This document shows positions 30,742 through 40,346 of a DNA stretch of 64,000 nucleotides, one piece after another. This DNA comes from Alphaproteobacteria bacterium. Lineage in GTDB: Bacteria > Pseudomonadota > Alphaproteobacteria > MPNO01 > UBA830. The stretch is taken from the NCBI GenBank assembly GCA_965214975.1, contig OZ244055.1, positions 452,875 through 516,874 of the forward strand, in the 5' to 3' direction. The notes under the pieces were generated by a model. That model was not told the DNA's origin. It searched no databases and saw only the letters and a list, made by a program, of their open reading frames with translations. The stretch's first letter is position 1; each line of letters begins with the position of its first letter. Position numbers and translations under genes: made by a program.

Positions 30742-31620
30742 TCACGACCTGCGGCGCGCGCCCGCGCGCGCGAGATGGACCGCGGAGGCGATGATGACGA
30801 GCGTGCCCGCGACCGACCAGCCGTCCGGCAGTTCCCGGAACACGATGTACCCCAGGAGGGCGGCGACCGGCAGTCGCACGAAATCCAGCGGCGCGATGAT
30901 GCCGACCTCTCCCGCGTCGTAGGCGCGGGCGAGAAAGGCCTGTCCCGCGACGCCGAGCAGGCCGGTGAGCGCCAGCCAGCCGAACTGCCCGAGGGTCGGC
31001 GTCTCCCAGGTCGCGGCGGCAGGCGGCACCAGCAGCAGCGTTCCGAAGAGCATGAAGTAGAAGACGATCCGCGTCGGCGGTTCGGTCGAGGACAGTCTTT
31101 TCATCGAGACCATGGCGCTGGACGTCATGACCGCGCTGCCGAGCGCGAGCAGCATCGCCGGCTCGATGCCGCCCTGCGGCTTGACGATCATCACCACGCC
31201 GCAGAAACCCGCGGCGGCCGCGGCGACGCGGTTTCCCCGGATGGCCTCTCCGAGCACCGCGGCCGAGATCAGGATCGACCAGAAGGGCGACGTGAACGCG
31301 AGCACCATGGCGTCGGCGAGAATCAGCCATTGCAGGGCGTGCACGATCAGCACGAACGCGGCGATGCCGAAGAACGCGCGCGCGAAATGCATCCCCGTCC
31401 GGGTCGTCCGGATTCCGGCCGCCCCGGTTCTCGCGAGCCACGGGAGCAGGCAGGCAAGCGAGAAGAACGTGCGCGCGAGCGCGACCACGAAGACCGGAAG
31501 CTCGGCGACCAGCTGCTTGATGACCACGAACATGAGGGTCAGCAGGGTGACGGCCGCCAGCATCCACGCGACGGCGCGGAGGTTGTCGGGTTCCGGAGTG
31601 TAGGATCCGGCTGCGGGCAA
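30742..31620 (-). CDS. EamA/DMT family transporter
   Basis: C-terminal ~290 codons of track ORF 30742..32706. Ten hydrophobic segments, ..LAFTSPFWSILISAAVLGEAI..GIIAPLDFVRLPVAALLGYIVFRE.. Start is TTG 31620 or ATG 31563. Confidence 0.8.
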   Translation of the reverse strand: MPAAGSYTPEPDNLRAVAWMLAAVTLLTLMFVVIKQLVAELPVFVVALARTFFSLACLLPWLARTGAAGIRTTRTGMHFARAFFGIAAFVLIVHALQWLILADAMVLAFTSPFWSILISAAVLGEAIRGNRVAAAAAGFCGVVMIVKPQGGIEPAMLLALGSAVMTSSAMVSMKRLSSTEPPTRIVFYFMLFGTLLLVPPAAATWETPTLGQFGWLALTGLLGVAGQAFLARAYDAGEVGIIAPLDFVRLPVAALLGYIVFRELPDGWSVAGTLVIIASAVHLARAGARRRS

Positions 31621-31694
31621 GCGATCAGGCCCCGCGCCGCCGCGCCCGCGCCGTCCGGGCGTTCCGGGGAGTCCGGAGGCGGGGCAAGACCGTC

Positions 31695-32921
31695 TCAGCC
31701 CGCCGCGGCGCGCCGTTCGGCGAGCACCTCGTCCACCGGGCGGTCGTCGATGGGCCAGTGAAGGAGGGAGGCGAGCGCCCCTCCGACGATGACGATCCAC
31801 CACGCCAGTTCGTAGGATCCCGTCGTGTCCCAGATCCGGCCGCCGAGCCAGACGCTGGTGAAGCTTCCGACCTGGTGGCTGAAGAACACGATGCCGTAGA
31901 GCGTCGCCATGTAGCGGGGGCCGAACATGCCGAAGACGATTCCGGACGTGAGCGGCACCGTCGCGAGCCAGAGCAGTCCGACGCTGGCCGCGAAAACGTA
32001 GACCGACCACTCCGAGAGCGGCGTGACGATGAAGATCATGAAGATGAGCGACCGCAGGAAGTAGAGGATGGCGAGCAGGTACTTGCGGCGGTACCGGTCG
32101 CCGAGCCATCCCGAGATCCACGTGCCCACCATGTTGAAGAAGCCGATCACCGAAATCGCGGTCGCGCCGACGATCGGCTCGAGGTTCATGTCGGCGAGAT
32201 AGGCCGGAAGGTGGTTGTTGATGTACTGGACCTGGAAGCCGCAGGTGAAGAAGCCGAGAACCAGCAGCCAGAATCCGCGGTGGCCGCGCGCCTCGTTCAG
32301 GGCCTGGATCAGGCCCTGGTCCTTCTTCCGGTCGGGTTCGACGCGGCCGGCGGCGTTGCTCAGCAGGAAGCCGAGCGGCACGATCAGAAGCACCAGCGCC
32401 GAGAGGGCCACGAGCGCGAACAGCCAGCCGTGGCCGTCGATGAGCAGCTGTCCCGCCGGCACCAGCGCCAGTTGTCCGCCGGTGCCCCCGGAGGTGATGA
32501 TGCCGAGCCAGAGACTGCGCTTCTCGGGCGGCGCGATCCGGCTCGCGATCGCCAGCACCATCGACAGCGCGCAGCCCGCCGACCCGACGCCGCCGAGCAG
32601 GCCGGCGCTCAGCAGCATGCCTTCGGGGGTGACCTGCTGGGACATCAGGAAGATGCCGAGCGCGTACATCAGTCCCGAGACCACCAGCACCCTGGCCGGT
32701 CCCCACTTGTCGGCGACGGCGCCGAGGAACGGCGCCGCGGCGCCGTAGATCAGCGCCTGGGTTCCGAAGACCAGCGACAGGCTCTCGCGGCCCCAGCCGA
32801 AATCGGTGGTGATCGGCCGCAGGTAGATTCCGAAACTCTGCCGGCTGCCGTAGGCGAGAAACACGATGCCGACGGCGCAGGCGAGCGCGAAGTAGGGGCT
32901 TCTCGAGAGGGTCCGAAACAT
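31695..32921 (-). CDS. MFS transporter (paralogue of 61977-63197)
   Basis: MFRTLSRSPYFALACAVGIVFLAYGSRQSFGIYLRPITTDFGWGRE.. from ATG 32921; 12-TM-like profile. Confidence 0.85.
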   Translation of the reverse strand: MFRTLSRSPYFALACAVGIVFLAYGSRQSFGIYLRPITTDFGWGRESLSLVFGTQALIYGAAAPFLGAVADKWGPARVLVVSGLMYALGIFLMSQQVTPEGMLLSAGLLGGVGSAGCALSMVLAIASRIAPPEKRSLWLGIITSGGTGGQLALVPAGQLLIDGHGWLFALVALSALVLLIVPLGFLLSNAAGRVEPDRKKDQGLIQALNEARGHRGFWLLVLGFFTCGFQVQYINNHLPAYLADMNLEPIVGATAISVIGFFNMVGTWISGWLGDRYRRKYLLAILYFLRSLIFMIFIVTPLSEWSVYVFAASVGLLWLATVPLTSGIVFGMFGPRYMATLYGIVFFSHQVGSFTSVWLGGRIWDTTGSYELAWWIVIVGGALASLLHWPIDDRPVDEVLAERRAAAG

Positions 32922-33310
32922 GTCGGGATCCGGTGGCGAGGCCAAGTCTCCGGCGGGCGTCCGAAGCGGCGGGAACGCCGCGGAAGACCGGCCGTCATCC
33001 GGGCCGCGTCCCCGGGCCGGCGACCGTGTCGAAGGCCGCCATGATACCACCCGCGCCGGCAAGGGGTAAGCGCGCCGCCCGCCTCGCGCCCTCGCGGCCG
33101 CGGCTCGCGGCCGGCGCGCCCCGGGGCCGCTCTCCCGTAAGCGTCAACTTGCTTTGGGGCATTCGACGAAGCGTCCGGAGAGTTGGGGGCAACCGGCGTC
33201 GCGGGGGTTCTGCCAACGCCTTCGAGATGCCGTTCCATTCGCCGGTCGCCCGTGCCAGGGGGAGGCGGGGTTCGATGGCTCGCGTGGCCCGGTTGCGCAT
33301 GAATCTGAAG

Positions 33311-33990
33311 TCACGCCACGGGCTGTGCGGACGACGCCGCCTCCGGGTCGCATCCCCAGGGGGAAACAGCGCTTGCATGACGGATCGGCTTTTCCACCAG
33401 CAAGGCGACCAGGAGCTCGCCGTGGAGCCACGCCCTGGCGCTTTCGTCGCCGTGTTTCGGCACATGCCCCGGCTGCGCCAGCGACTTGAAGCGCTTGAAG
33501 ACCAGCTCGGCCTGCCAGCGGACGCGGTACCACTCGAGAACCTCGGCGGCGGTGAAGCGCGCTTCGGGGAAGGTCGTGAACACGATGACGTGGCTCGCGA
33601 ACTCCAGGGTCCGCGGCTGCACCCGGTTGCCTTTCCGCGCCGTCGTCTCGCGCAGCTTGCGGTGCGCGATCGCGGTCGCCTCCCGTGTCTTCCGGATCGC
33701 GCACACGCGTCCCGGCACCGCGATGCCGTCCCCGACCGCCACCGCCGGCCAGGATCGCGCGGCGCCGGCGCGCTTCAGCGAGCCGACCGCTGCTGGCAGG
33801 TCGAACGGCGCGCCGCCGGTCGTTCGAAGCGGCAGCGCACCGGTGTTCACCCGCACCGTGACGTGACCGCCCGCGGACGCCACGTGCGCGAGGCCCGCGG
33901 CGGTCGAGTGGCCCCGGTCGGCCAGCACGTGATCGCCCCTGGCGACGGGAAAGTGCGCGAACGTCTCGCCCGTGACCGGTCCCGACGTCG
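33311..33990 (-). pseudogene. IS4-family transposase, 5'-truncated remnant
   Basis: ..ETFAHFPVARGDHVLADRGHST..VLEWYRVRWQAELVFKRFKSLAQPGHVPKHGDESARAWLHGELLVALLVE.. (YRxRWQIELxFKxxK signature). About 150 N-terminal residues are missing. The first ~15 codons of track ORF 33311..34030 are adhesin-derived. Confidence 0.7.
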
Positions 33991-34280
33991 CCGTCAACAC
34001 GCCGTCGGCGTCCGCGATGCCGTCGGTCACCGCCGTCAGCGCCCGGCCGATCCGCGCCGTGCCGCCCGGTACGTCCAGCGCCAGACCCGCGGCGAACGCG
34101 TTGCCGGTGAGGACGCCCGTCGTCCGCTGGTGGCAGTCGGCTGGTGGCAGCCGGCGTCGGTGCAGGTCACCTGCACCCGCAGCCGCCTGCCCTCGTCGTC
34201 TTCCGTCGGGACGTAGGTCCGGGAGGTCGCCGCCGGGGCGTCCGGCCCGTCGCGTCGGCGCCCCGGTCGATGCGACGGAT
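33990..34280 (-). pseudogene. Fragment of a third autotransporter-adhesin paralogue (frameshifted relic)
   Basis: Minus-strand reading ..TSRTYVPTEDDEGRRLRVQVTCTDAGCHQPTA // TTGVLTGNAFAAGLALDVPGGTARIGRALTAVTDGIADADGV. It parallels adhesin 1 ..TSPTYTPTEDDEGRRLRVQVTFTDADCYEQTTSVLAANTFAEGLALEAEGGTAQVGKTLTAETGGIADADGL. Confidence 0.75.
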
Positions 34281-34618
34281 CCGGGCGCGCATCATGCGCC
34301 GTGCGAGGGCGGCGGCCGCCGCACGAGCGGCCGCCATGTCCGCGTGGGGTCATGGCGGGGTCCGCCGCCGCCCGGGGTCCGGCATCCCGGTGCCGGCCGT
34401 CCGCCGGTCGACGTGCCCCGCCACGTCGCCCGCCCCTCGCCGGGGAGCGGAAAACCGCGCCCGCCCCGCACCGTTCCCGCGTCCCTTCCCGCGACAGCGT
34501 CGGCGGGCTCCCGGCCGGGAGTCTGCGAGCGGCTCGTCCGTGTCCCGGTCCGCGGCCCGCCGGCCGGCGGATGCGGGCGTCGGCTGACGCGGGTTCGGGC
34601 GGGGCGCGCGATCCCCGT

Positions 34619-36193
34619 TCACCTTTTCACCCTGAAGACGACGCCGTCGGCCAGTTCCGCCACCGGTTCCAGGACCGGTAGCGACCGCAACTCGGCCTCG
34701 CCGTAGTCGAAGAGATCCGCATTCCACGTTGCACGGAACCAGACCACGTGAGCGTCGTCGGGGATTTCCGCAAGCTGCCGGCCGAGCCGGTCGACGCGCA
34801 AGCGAAGACGACGGCAGCAGGGCGCGTACTCCCGGTTCCTGTTGACGTGAAGCGACAGGGGCTCCGGCGCGTTGGTGTACGTGCGCTCTCTCTTCGCGGA
34901 GAGATTTTCCCGGACGTGCCGCAGCGTCTCGGAACCGGTCCAGCGCGGTTCGTTGAAGCCGAGTTCGAGCTCGCCGCGGCTTGCCTTCGCGATCCTGGAA
35001 ACGTTCGTGATCGCCTGGTTCGCCACCCCGAGGGAGAGAACGACCGCCACGATGGCGGCCAGCACGCTTCCCCCCTTCCCCGGCATCGCCGCCCGAACGA
35101 CGGACAGGTTGCCGACGCTTCCCAGCAACGGCCTCTCCCGTTCATGGACGAGAACGCGGTCCAGCGCGAACGCCCCGGCCACCAGGAGCGGAACGTACAG
35201 CGGAACCAGGTATCTCCTCGGCACCTCCCCGTGCAGGATGCGGACCACAAGCGATGCGGCCAAGACGAACAGGACGAGGTACGCAAGCGCGAAGCCGCCG
35301 AACACCCAGACGGGACTCCAGCCGGCAACGGACAGCCGCTTCCATCGAGCCGCGACGAGAACGCAGACCAACGGCGCCAGGACCGCGGTGCCGTTGGCCA
35401 GCGCCCAGCTCCACAGGATGTCGAGAACGTCCCCCAGCATCATCGACACGGGATAGCCGGGGGGCGGACCGTGCCTGGTGAGCTCTCCCGTGACCAGGAA
35501 ATTGCGCAGAAACCACAGGGCCGTCGGCGTCGCCGCGACCGACGAGTAGACGGCGACGTGTCCCGCCCTCCGGGCCATGGAGAAGGATGCCCCCATCCCC
35601 GGATGGAGCAGCAGCAGCAGCCCCACGATGGCCGGCACGGCGCCCCCGACGTACCGGGTCTGCCAGGCCAGGGCGCTGAACGCCGCCGCCCAGACCAGGG
35701 ACCGGAGCCGGCCCCCGTCCAGGAACCTGTCGGCCTGGATCAGGGCGAGAACCGCCAGCAGGACGAACAGGGTCTCGGAGTGCGCCCACGCCGACCATCT
35801 CGTCAGCGGCGGCGCCAGGGCCGTCGCGAGACAGCCCCATGCCGCCAGGGACCGGGACTCCAGGCGTTGCCGCAGGTAGCGCCCGACGACGAACACGGTC
35901 AGCCCGAAAACGACGGCGTTGAGGGGACCGGCGACGGCGACCGGATCGAACGTCCCGAGACTGGCCGCGGCCAGCAGAAGGGGATAGAGAGGAGGCCACA
36001 AGGTGTCGGGGAAGCCCTCGAAATTGAGAAGCCCTTCTCCGCCCAGCAGACTCCGGGCGAAGGCGATGAAGTACGCCGCGTCCGTGGCCAGCGCCACTCC
36101 GTGGCCCCGGACGAGCGCGGCGCCGAGCGCGGCGAAGGCGGCCGCCAGCAGGGTGAAGCGGTCGGGCCGGAAGCGCGTCGGCAACGCCGTCAA
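34619..36193 (-). CDS. Polytopic membrane protein, GT-C/PMT_2 (ArnT-like) glycosyltransferase candidate, with a C-terminal soluble domain
   Basis: 524 aa with more than 10 hydrophobic segments. The N-terminal pattern (..TDAAYFIAFARSLLGGEG..WPPLYPLLLAA..) resembles family-39-type glycosyltransferases. Assignment is by resemblance only. Confidence 0.5.
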   Translation of the reverse strand: MTALPTRFRPDRFTLLAAAFAALGAALVRGHGVALATDAAYFIAFARSLLGGEGLLNFEGFPDTLWPPLYPLLLAAASLGTFDPVAVAGPLNAVVFGLTVFVVGRYLRQRLESRSLAAWGCLATALAPPLTRWSAWAHSETLFVLLAVLALIQADRFLDGGRLRSLVWAAAFSALAWQTRYVGGAVPAIVGLLLLLHPGMGASFSMARRAGHVAVYSSVAATPTALWFLRNFLVTGELTRHGPPPGYPVSMMLGDVLDILWSWALANGTAVLAPLVCVLVAARWKRLSVAGWSPVWVFGGFALAYLVLFVLAASLVVRILHGEVPRRYLVPLYVPLLVAGAFALDRVLVHERERPLLGSVGNLSVVRAAMPGKGGSVLAAIVAVVLSLGVANQAITNVSRIAKASRGELELGFNEPRWTGSETLRHVRENLSAKRERTYTNAPEPLSLHVNRNREYAPCCRRLRLRVDRLGRQLAEIPDDAHVVWFRATWNADLFDYGEAELRSLPVLEPVAELADGVVFRVKR

Positions 36194-36641
36194 CGGGTTC
36201 TCCCCGGGCGACCTCGGGCCGGCCGCGCGCCGCCGTTCCGTTGCGGCGCGGGCGCCGCCGCCGGACCCGCCGGCCGGCTCGCGCGATCCCGCGGGGCGAA
36301 CGCCGCCGGATCGCCGTCCGCGGGTTTCCGGGGGCGCCGTCGGTCGGCCGGATCCGGCTCGAATTCCGTCATCCGGGCGACCGGTCCGGTCCGGAACCGC
36401 GGAGCGGGATCATCCCGTTCCCGCGGCCCGAGGAAGATCCCGTGCCGTGTTCCCCACGCTCGTCATGTCCCTAGCGTCCGCCCGTCGGCATCCGTAACAG
36501 CACGGACCGCCATGCGTCAAGCGGGCCGCGGCCCCGGCCCAGGGCGATCCCACGCCCGGTTTGGTCGGCGCTTCGGGTTCCCGGCGAGGGCGGTTGGATC
36601 GGGCTCCGGCTTTTCGCCGCCGATTCGGCCAGGATGGCGGC

Positions 36642-37806
36642 ATGGGCCGCCGAGCGGACGCCAGACCCCTCTTCGAGAGCACGCCCGACGGCTTCCCGCT
36701 TGCCGACGTGACGGTTCGTCCCCCGGAGCCGCGCGAGCGCGTGCGGCGGGACGCGACGGTCGCGCGGCACCACTGCGTGCGCGGGCACGCTGTCGCAGCG
36801 GGAGCCGGAAGCGCCCGGCGCCTGGAAAGACCCGGAGACCGGCCGCTCGTGCCGGTCCCGAGATCGACCCTGCACCGCGTCGTCTCCTCCGTCGACCCAG
36901 AACGGTTCGAGGCGGCGCTGCAACGCTTCGCGACCGCGCGGCCGAACCTCGGCCGCGCGGTCGCGGTCGACGGCAAGCGCATCCGCGGCGCGAACCGCAA
37001 CGGCGCCGGCCACCACGAGACCGCGACCCTGGTCGACCACGCGACCCGCGCGCCGCTCGCGAGCCTTGCCTTCAACGAGGAGGGCGGCGGGGCCGCCGCC
37101 GTGCACGCGCCGCTGGAGCGGGTTTCCGTCGACGGCCGCGTGATCACCCTCGACTCGCTCCACACAACCCGCAACACGGCGCGGCTCACCAAGGACACCC
37201 ACGGCGCCGACTGTCTCGTGACGGGCAGGGGAAACGCCCCCGAGACCCGCGGGATCCTCGCCTCCATCGACCGGGAACGCGACGCGAGCGGCCGCTTCGC
37301 CGAAGACATCGACAAGGCCCGCGAACGCATCGGGCAACGCCGCATCGCGACCCTGACCCCGCACCCGCGCCTGATCAAGCATCCCCATGTCAGGAACAAT
37401 TTTTTGTCGCGGCCGAGATCCCGGGGCAAGCGGGAGCGCTGGTGCCGCAGGCGTTCCGGGGGAGCTCCGAGCGTGCCCCGCCGACGTCACGGGAGAGACC
37501 ACCGGCGGGCACGCCTGCGGCATCACCTCGGTGCCGGCGGAGCGCGCCTCCCCGCGGCAGCTCCTCGCCCGGAGCCGCGGGCACCGGGCGGTCGAGGCCA
37601 CCCGCCACGTCCGGGACACGGTCTTCGGCGAGGACGCGTGTCTTGCGCGGACCGCCTTCGCGCCCGGGAACAACGCGACGGCCACCAACCTCGCCCTCGC
37701 GGTCATCCTCCGCAGGACCGGCTCCTCCGGCGCCGGCATCGCCCCGGCAACCCGGCGCTTCGCGCTCCGGCGCAAGGGCGCCTTCGCCGCGATCCTGTCC
37801 CCTTGA
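36642..37806 (+). pseudogene. ISAs1-family transposase, frameshifted and degraded
   Basis: ..RSTLHRVVSSVDPERFEAALQRF..AVAVDGKRIRGA..VITLDSLHTTRNTARL.. is in the frame of ORF 36561..38084. The reading then switches to the frame of ORF 37387..37806: ..RGHRAVEATRHVRDTVFGEDACLARTAFAPGNNATATNLAL.. (HWxVEN..DVTFxED signature). Confidence 0.7.
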
Positions 37807-37826
37807 AATCCGCGGCGCGGCGCCGC

Positions 37827-37919
37827 CACGCCGCCGGTCCGCCGGCATCGGCATCCGGCGCCTCCTGGCCGGCATCCCGCCCCGACCGAAATCGGCCGCA
37901 ATCGGGGAGCGTGGGACAC
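37827..37919 (+). repeat. Intergenic repeat element, short copy (B + A segments without the internal ~70 nt)
   Basis: CACGCCGCCGGTCCGCCGGCATCGGCATCCGGCGCCTCCTGG..AATCGGCCGCAATCGGGGAGCGTGGGACAC. The 30-mer at 37890-37919 is identical to 6584-6613. Confidence 0.85.
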
Positions 37920-38070
37920 CCTTGGTTCCCGCGCCGTCCGCTATTGGCATGGAGACCGCAGCGTGTAGTATTTCGCCGACATGGCGACCGGCGCGGCGTG
38001 CCGTCGCGCCGGTCGCGCGAAACCCCGAGACGCCGGGAACGGGCGCCGCTTAACGACGGAGAACTGAGCC

Positions 38071-39228
38071 ATGACCAAGCGTGACAGGAAGGCCGAAGGC
38101 GGACGGGCTGCCGCCCGCCAGGGAAAGAGCCACGACAGGAGATCGTTCATCAAGGGCGCCGCCGTCGCGGGCGCCGGCGCCACCGCGGCCGCGGCCGGCA
38201 TGTCGGCTCCGGCGGTCGCCCAGAAGCGCACCGAGATGGCGGTCGTCACGACCTGGCCCCGCGACTTTCCGGGGCTCGGCACGGGCGCGCAGCGCTTTGC
38301 CAAGCGCGTCGAGGACATGACCGAAGGCCGCATCAAGGTGCAGTACTTCGCGGCGGGCGAGCGCGTCGGCGCCTTCGACTCCTTCGACGAGGTCGCCTCC
38401 GGCAACGCGCAGGCCTACCACGCCGCAGACTACTACTGGAAGGGCAAGCATCCCGGCTGGGCGTATTTCACGTCGGTCCCGTTCGGTCTCACCTACACCG
38501 AGATCAACGCGTGGATCCGCTTCGGCGGCGGCCAGGAGCTGTGGGACGAGCTTGCGGGCGAGTACGGGCTCAAGTGCGTCATGTGCGGCAACACCGGCGT
38601 CCAGATGGGCGGGTGGTTCAACAAGGAGATCAACTCCTCCGACGATCTCCGGGGCCTCAAGATGCGCATCCCCGGCCTCGGCGGCGACGTCATGGCCAGG
38701 CTCGGCGCGTCGCCGGTCTCGCTCCCCGGCGGCCAGATCTACGAGAACCTGGTCTCCGGCGCGATCGACGCCACCGAGTGGGTCGGACCGTGGAACGACA
38801 GTTTCATGAAGTTCTACGAGGCCGCCAAGTACTACTACTACCCCGGCATGCACGAGCCCGGCGCCATGCTGTCGCTCGGCCTGAACGCGTCGTGGTGGGG
38901 AGGGCTCACCAAGTCGGACCGGATCCTGATCGAGGCCGCGGCCGGCATGGAGAACGACGTGATGATGGCCGAGTACAACGCCAAGAACGGCGCGGCGCTG
39001 GCCAAGCTCGTCAGCGAGCACGGCGTCAGGCTCCGCAAGTTCAACGACGACGTCTACGACAGCTTCGGGGAGGCTTCGGCGGAGGTCTTCGAGACCGTGG
39101 TGTCGCACAGCGCTCTCGCCAAGCGCGTGCACGAGAGCTTCCTCGCCGCGCGCAAGGATCTCGGCGCCTGGTCGAAGATCTCCGACCAGGCCTACGTCGC
39201 CCAGCGCAACCGCGTCCTCGGCGTCTAG
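38071..39228 (+). CDS. TRAP transporter substrate-binding protein (Tat signal)
   Basis: RRSFIKGAAVAGAGATAAAAGMSAPAVAQ signal; ..VVTTWPRDFPGLGTGAQRFAKRVEDMTEGRIKVQYFAAGE..WNDSFMKFYEAAKYYYYPG.. Confidence 0.88.
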   Translation: MTKRDRKAEGGRAAARQGKSHDRRSFIKGAAVAGAGATAAAAGMSAPAVAQKRTEMAVVTTWPRDFPGLGTGAQRFAKRVEDMTEGRIKVQYFAAGERVGAFDSFDEVASGNAQAYHAADYYWKGKHPGWAYFTSVPFGLTYTEINAWIRFGGGQELWDELAGEYGLKCVMCGNTGVQMGGWFNKEINSSDDLRGLKMRIPGLGGDVMARLGASPVSLPGGQIYENLVSGAIDATEWVGPWNDSFMKFYEAAKYYYYPGMHEPGAMLSLGLNASWWGGLTKSDRILIEAAAGMENDVMMAEYNAKNGAALAKLVSEHGVRLRKFNDDVYDSFGEASAEVFETVVSHSALAKRVHESFLAARKDLGAWSKISDQAYVAQRNRVLGV

Positions 39229-39308
39229 CGCCCGGACGCGGATCTCCGGGAAAGCGGAGCCCCCGGGCTCCGCTTTCCGCATCCGAACCTCCGGGGCGGC
39301 GGCGCGAC

Positions 39309-40346
39309 ATGGACTCGGCGAACGGGAACTCCGGCCGTCGCCCGCCGTTTTCCCGGGGCCGCGCGCTGCAGGCGGCGGCGCTGGCGGTCGCGGCCGTCGC
39401 CGTCGTGTTCACGTTCAACAACTTCCTTGTCTTCTGGCTGGGCTGGCCCGGCGTCGGCGCGCCGCTCTCCGATCTCGGCTGGGGCGTCCGGCCGTCCCGT
39501 CCTCCCGACGGGGCCGCGGCCGCGCAGGGCTGGCTCCAGCTCCTTTCGTACGCCGCCGCGATCGGTCTCGCCGTCGCCTTCGTCCGGTTCGGCCGCGGGC
39601 GCACGCTGACCCGGGACGCCGACGTCCTCGCGGCGTTCGCCGCCTACATCGCCCGGGCCGCCTTCTGGGCGGTGCTTCTCGTGGGCGTCGCCGACATGGC
39701 GATCTCGTTCCTGCGCGTCGAGGGGCTGCTCGCGCAGACGGTCGGCGAAGGCCTTGCCAGGGATCTCGGACGGCCCAGTTTCCGCGGAACCGCGGTGCAT
39801 TTTCCGCTGATCGCGGCGGCCTTCGCGATCGCGGGGTTCCTGCGCTCTCTCGGGTTCATCTGGCTCGCTCTCCTGATCGTGCTCGCCGAATTCCAGATCG
39901 TGCTGGCGCGGTTCATCTTCTCCTACGAGCAGGCGTTCATGGGCGATCTCGTGCGGTTCTGGTACGCCGCGCTGTTCCTGTTCGCGAGCGCCTACACGCT
40001 GATCACGGAAGGCCACGTCCGGGTGGACGTCGCCTACGCGTCGTTCGGCGAACGCGCCAGGGCGTGGTCCAACCTGGTCGGTTCGGTCGTCCTCGGCGTG
40101 CCCCTGTGCTGGATCATCCTCGCCGCCGGCATGCGGACCAAGTCGTCGGTGATCAACGCGCCGCTTCTGAGCTACGAGGTCACGCAGAGCGGGTACGGCA
40201 TGTACGTGAAGTACCTGATGGCCGGGTTCCTGCTGATCTACGCCCTCAGCATGCTCATGCAGTTCCTCGGTTACGCGCTGCGCAACGCGGCGGTGCTTCT
40301 CGGGGACGCCGATGCGCGTCCGGTCGCCCACCAGGGCGCGCCGTAG
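39309..40346 (+). CDS. TRAP transporter small permease component (long form, 345 aa)
   Basis: Membrane ORF between the binding protein and the large permease. ATG 39309 lies within track ORF 38511..40346. Confidence 0.75.
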   Translation: MDSANGNSGRRPPFSRGRALQAAALAVAAVAVVFTFNNFLVFWLGWPGVGAPLSDLGWGVRPSRPPDGAAAAQGWLQLLSYAAAIGLAVAFVRFGRGRTLTRDADVLAAFAAYIARAAFWAVLLVGVADMAISFLRVEGLLAQTVGEGLARDLGRPSFRGTAVHFPLIAAAFAIAGFLRSLGFIWLALLIVLAEFQIVLARFIFSYEQAFMGDLVRFWYAALFLFASAYTLITEGHVRVDVAYASFGERARAWSNLVGSVVLGVPLCWIILAAGMRTKSSVINAPLLSYEVTQSGYGMYVKYLMAGFLLIYALSMLMQFLGYALRNAAVLLGDADARPVAHQGAP

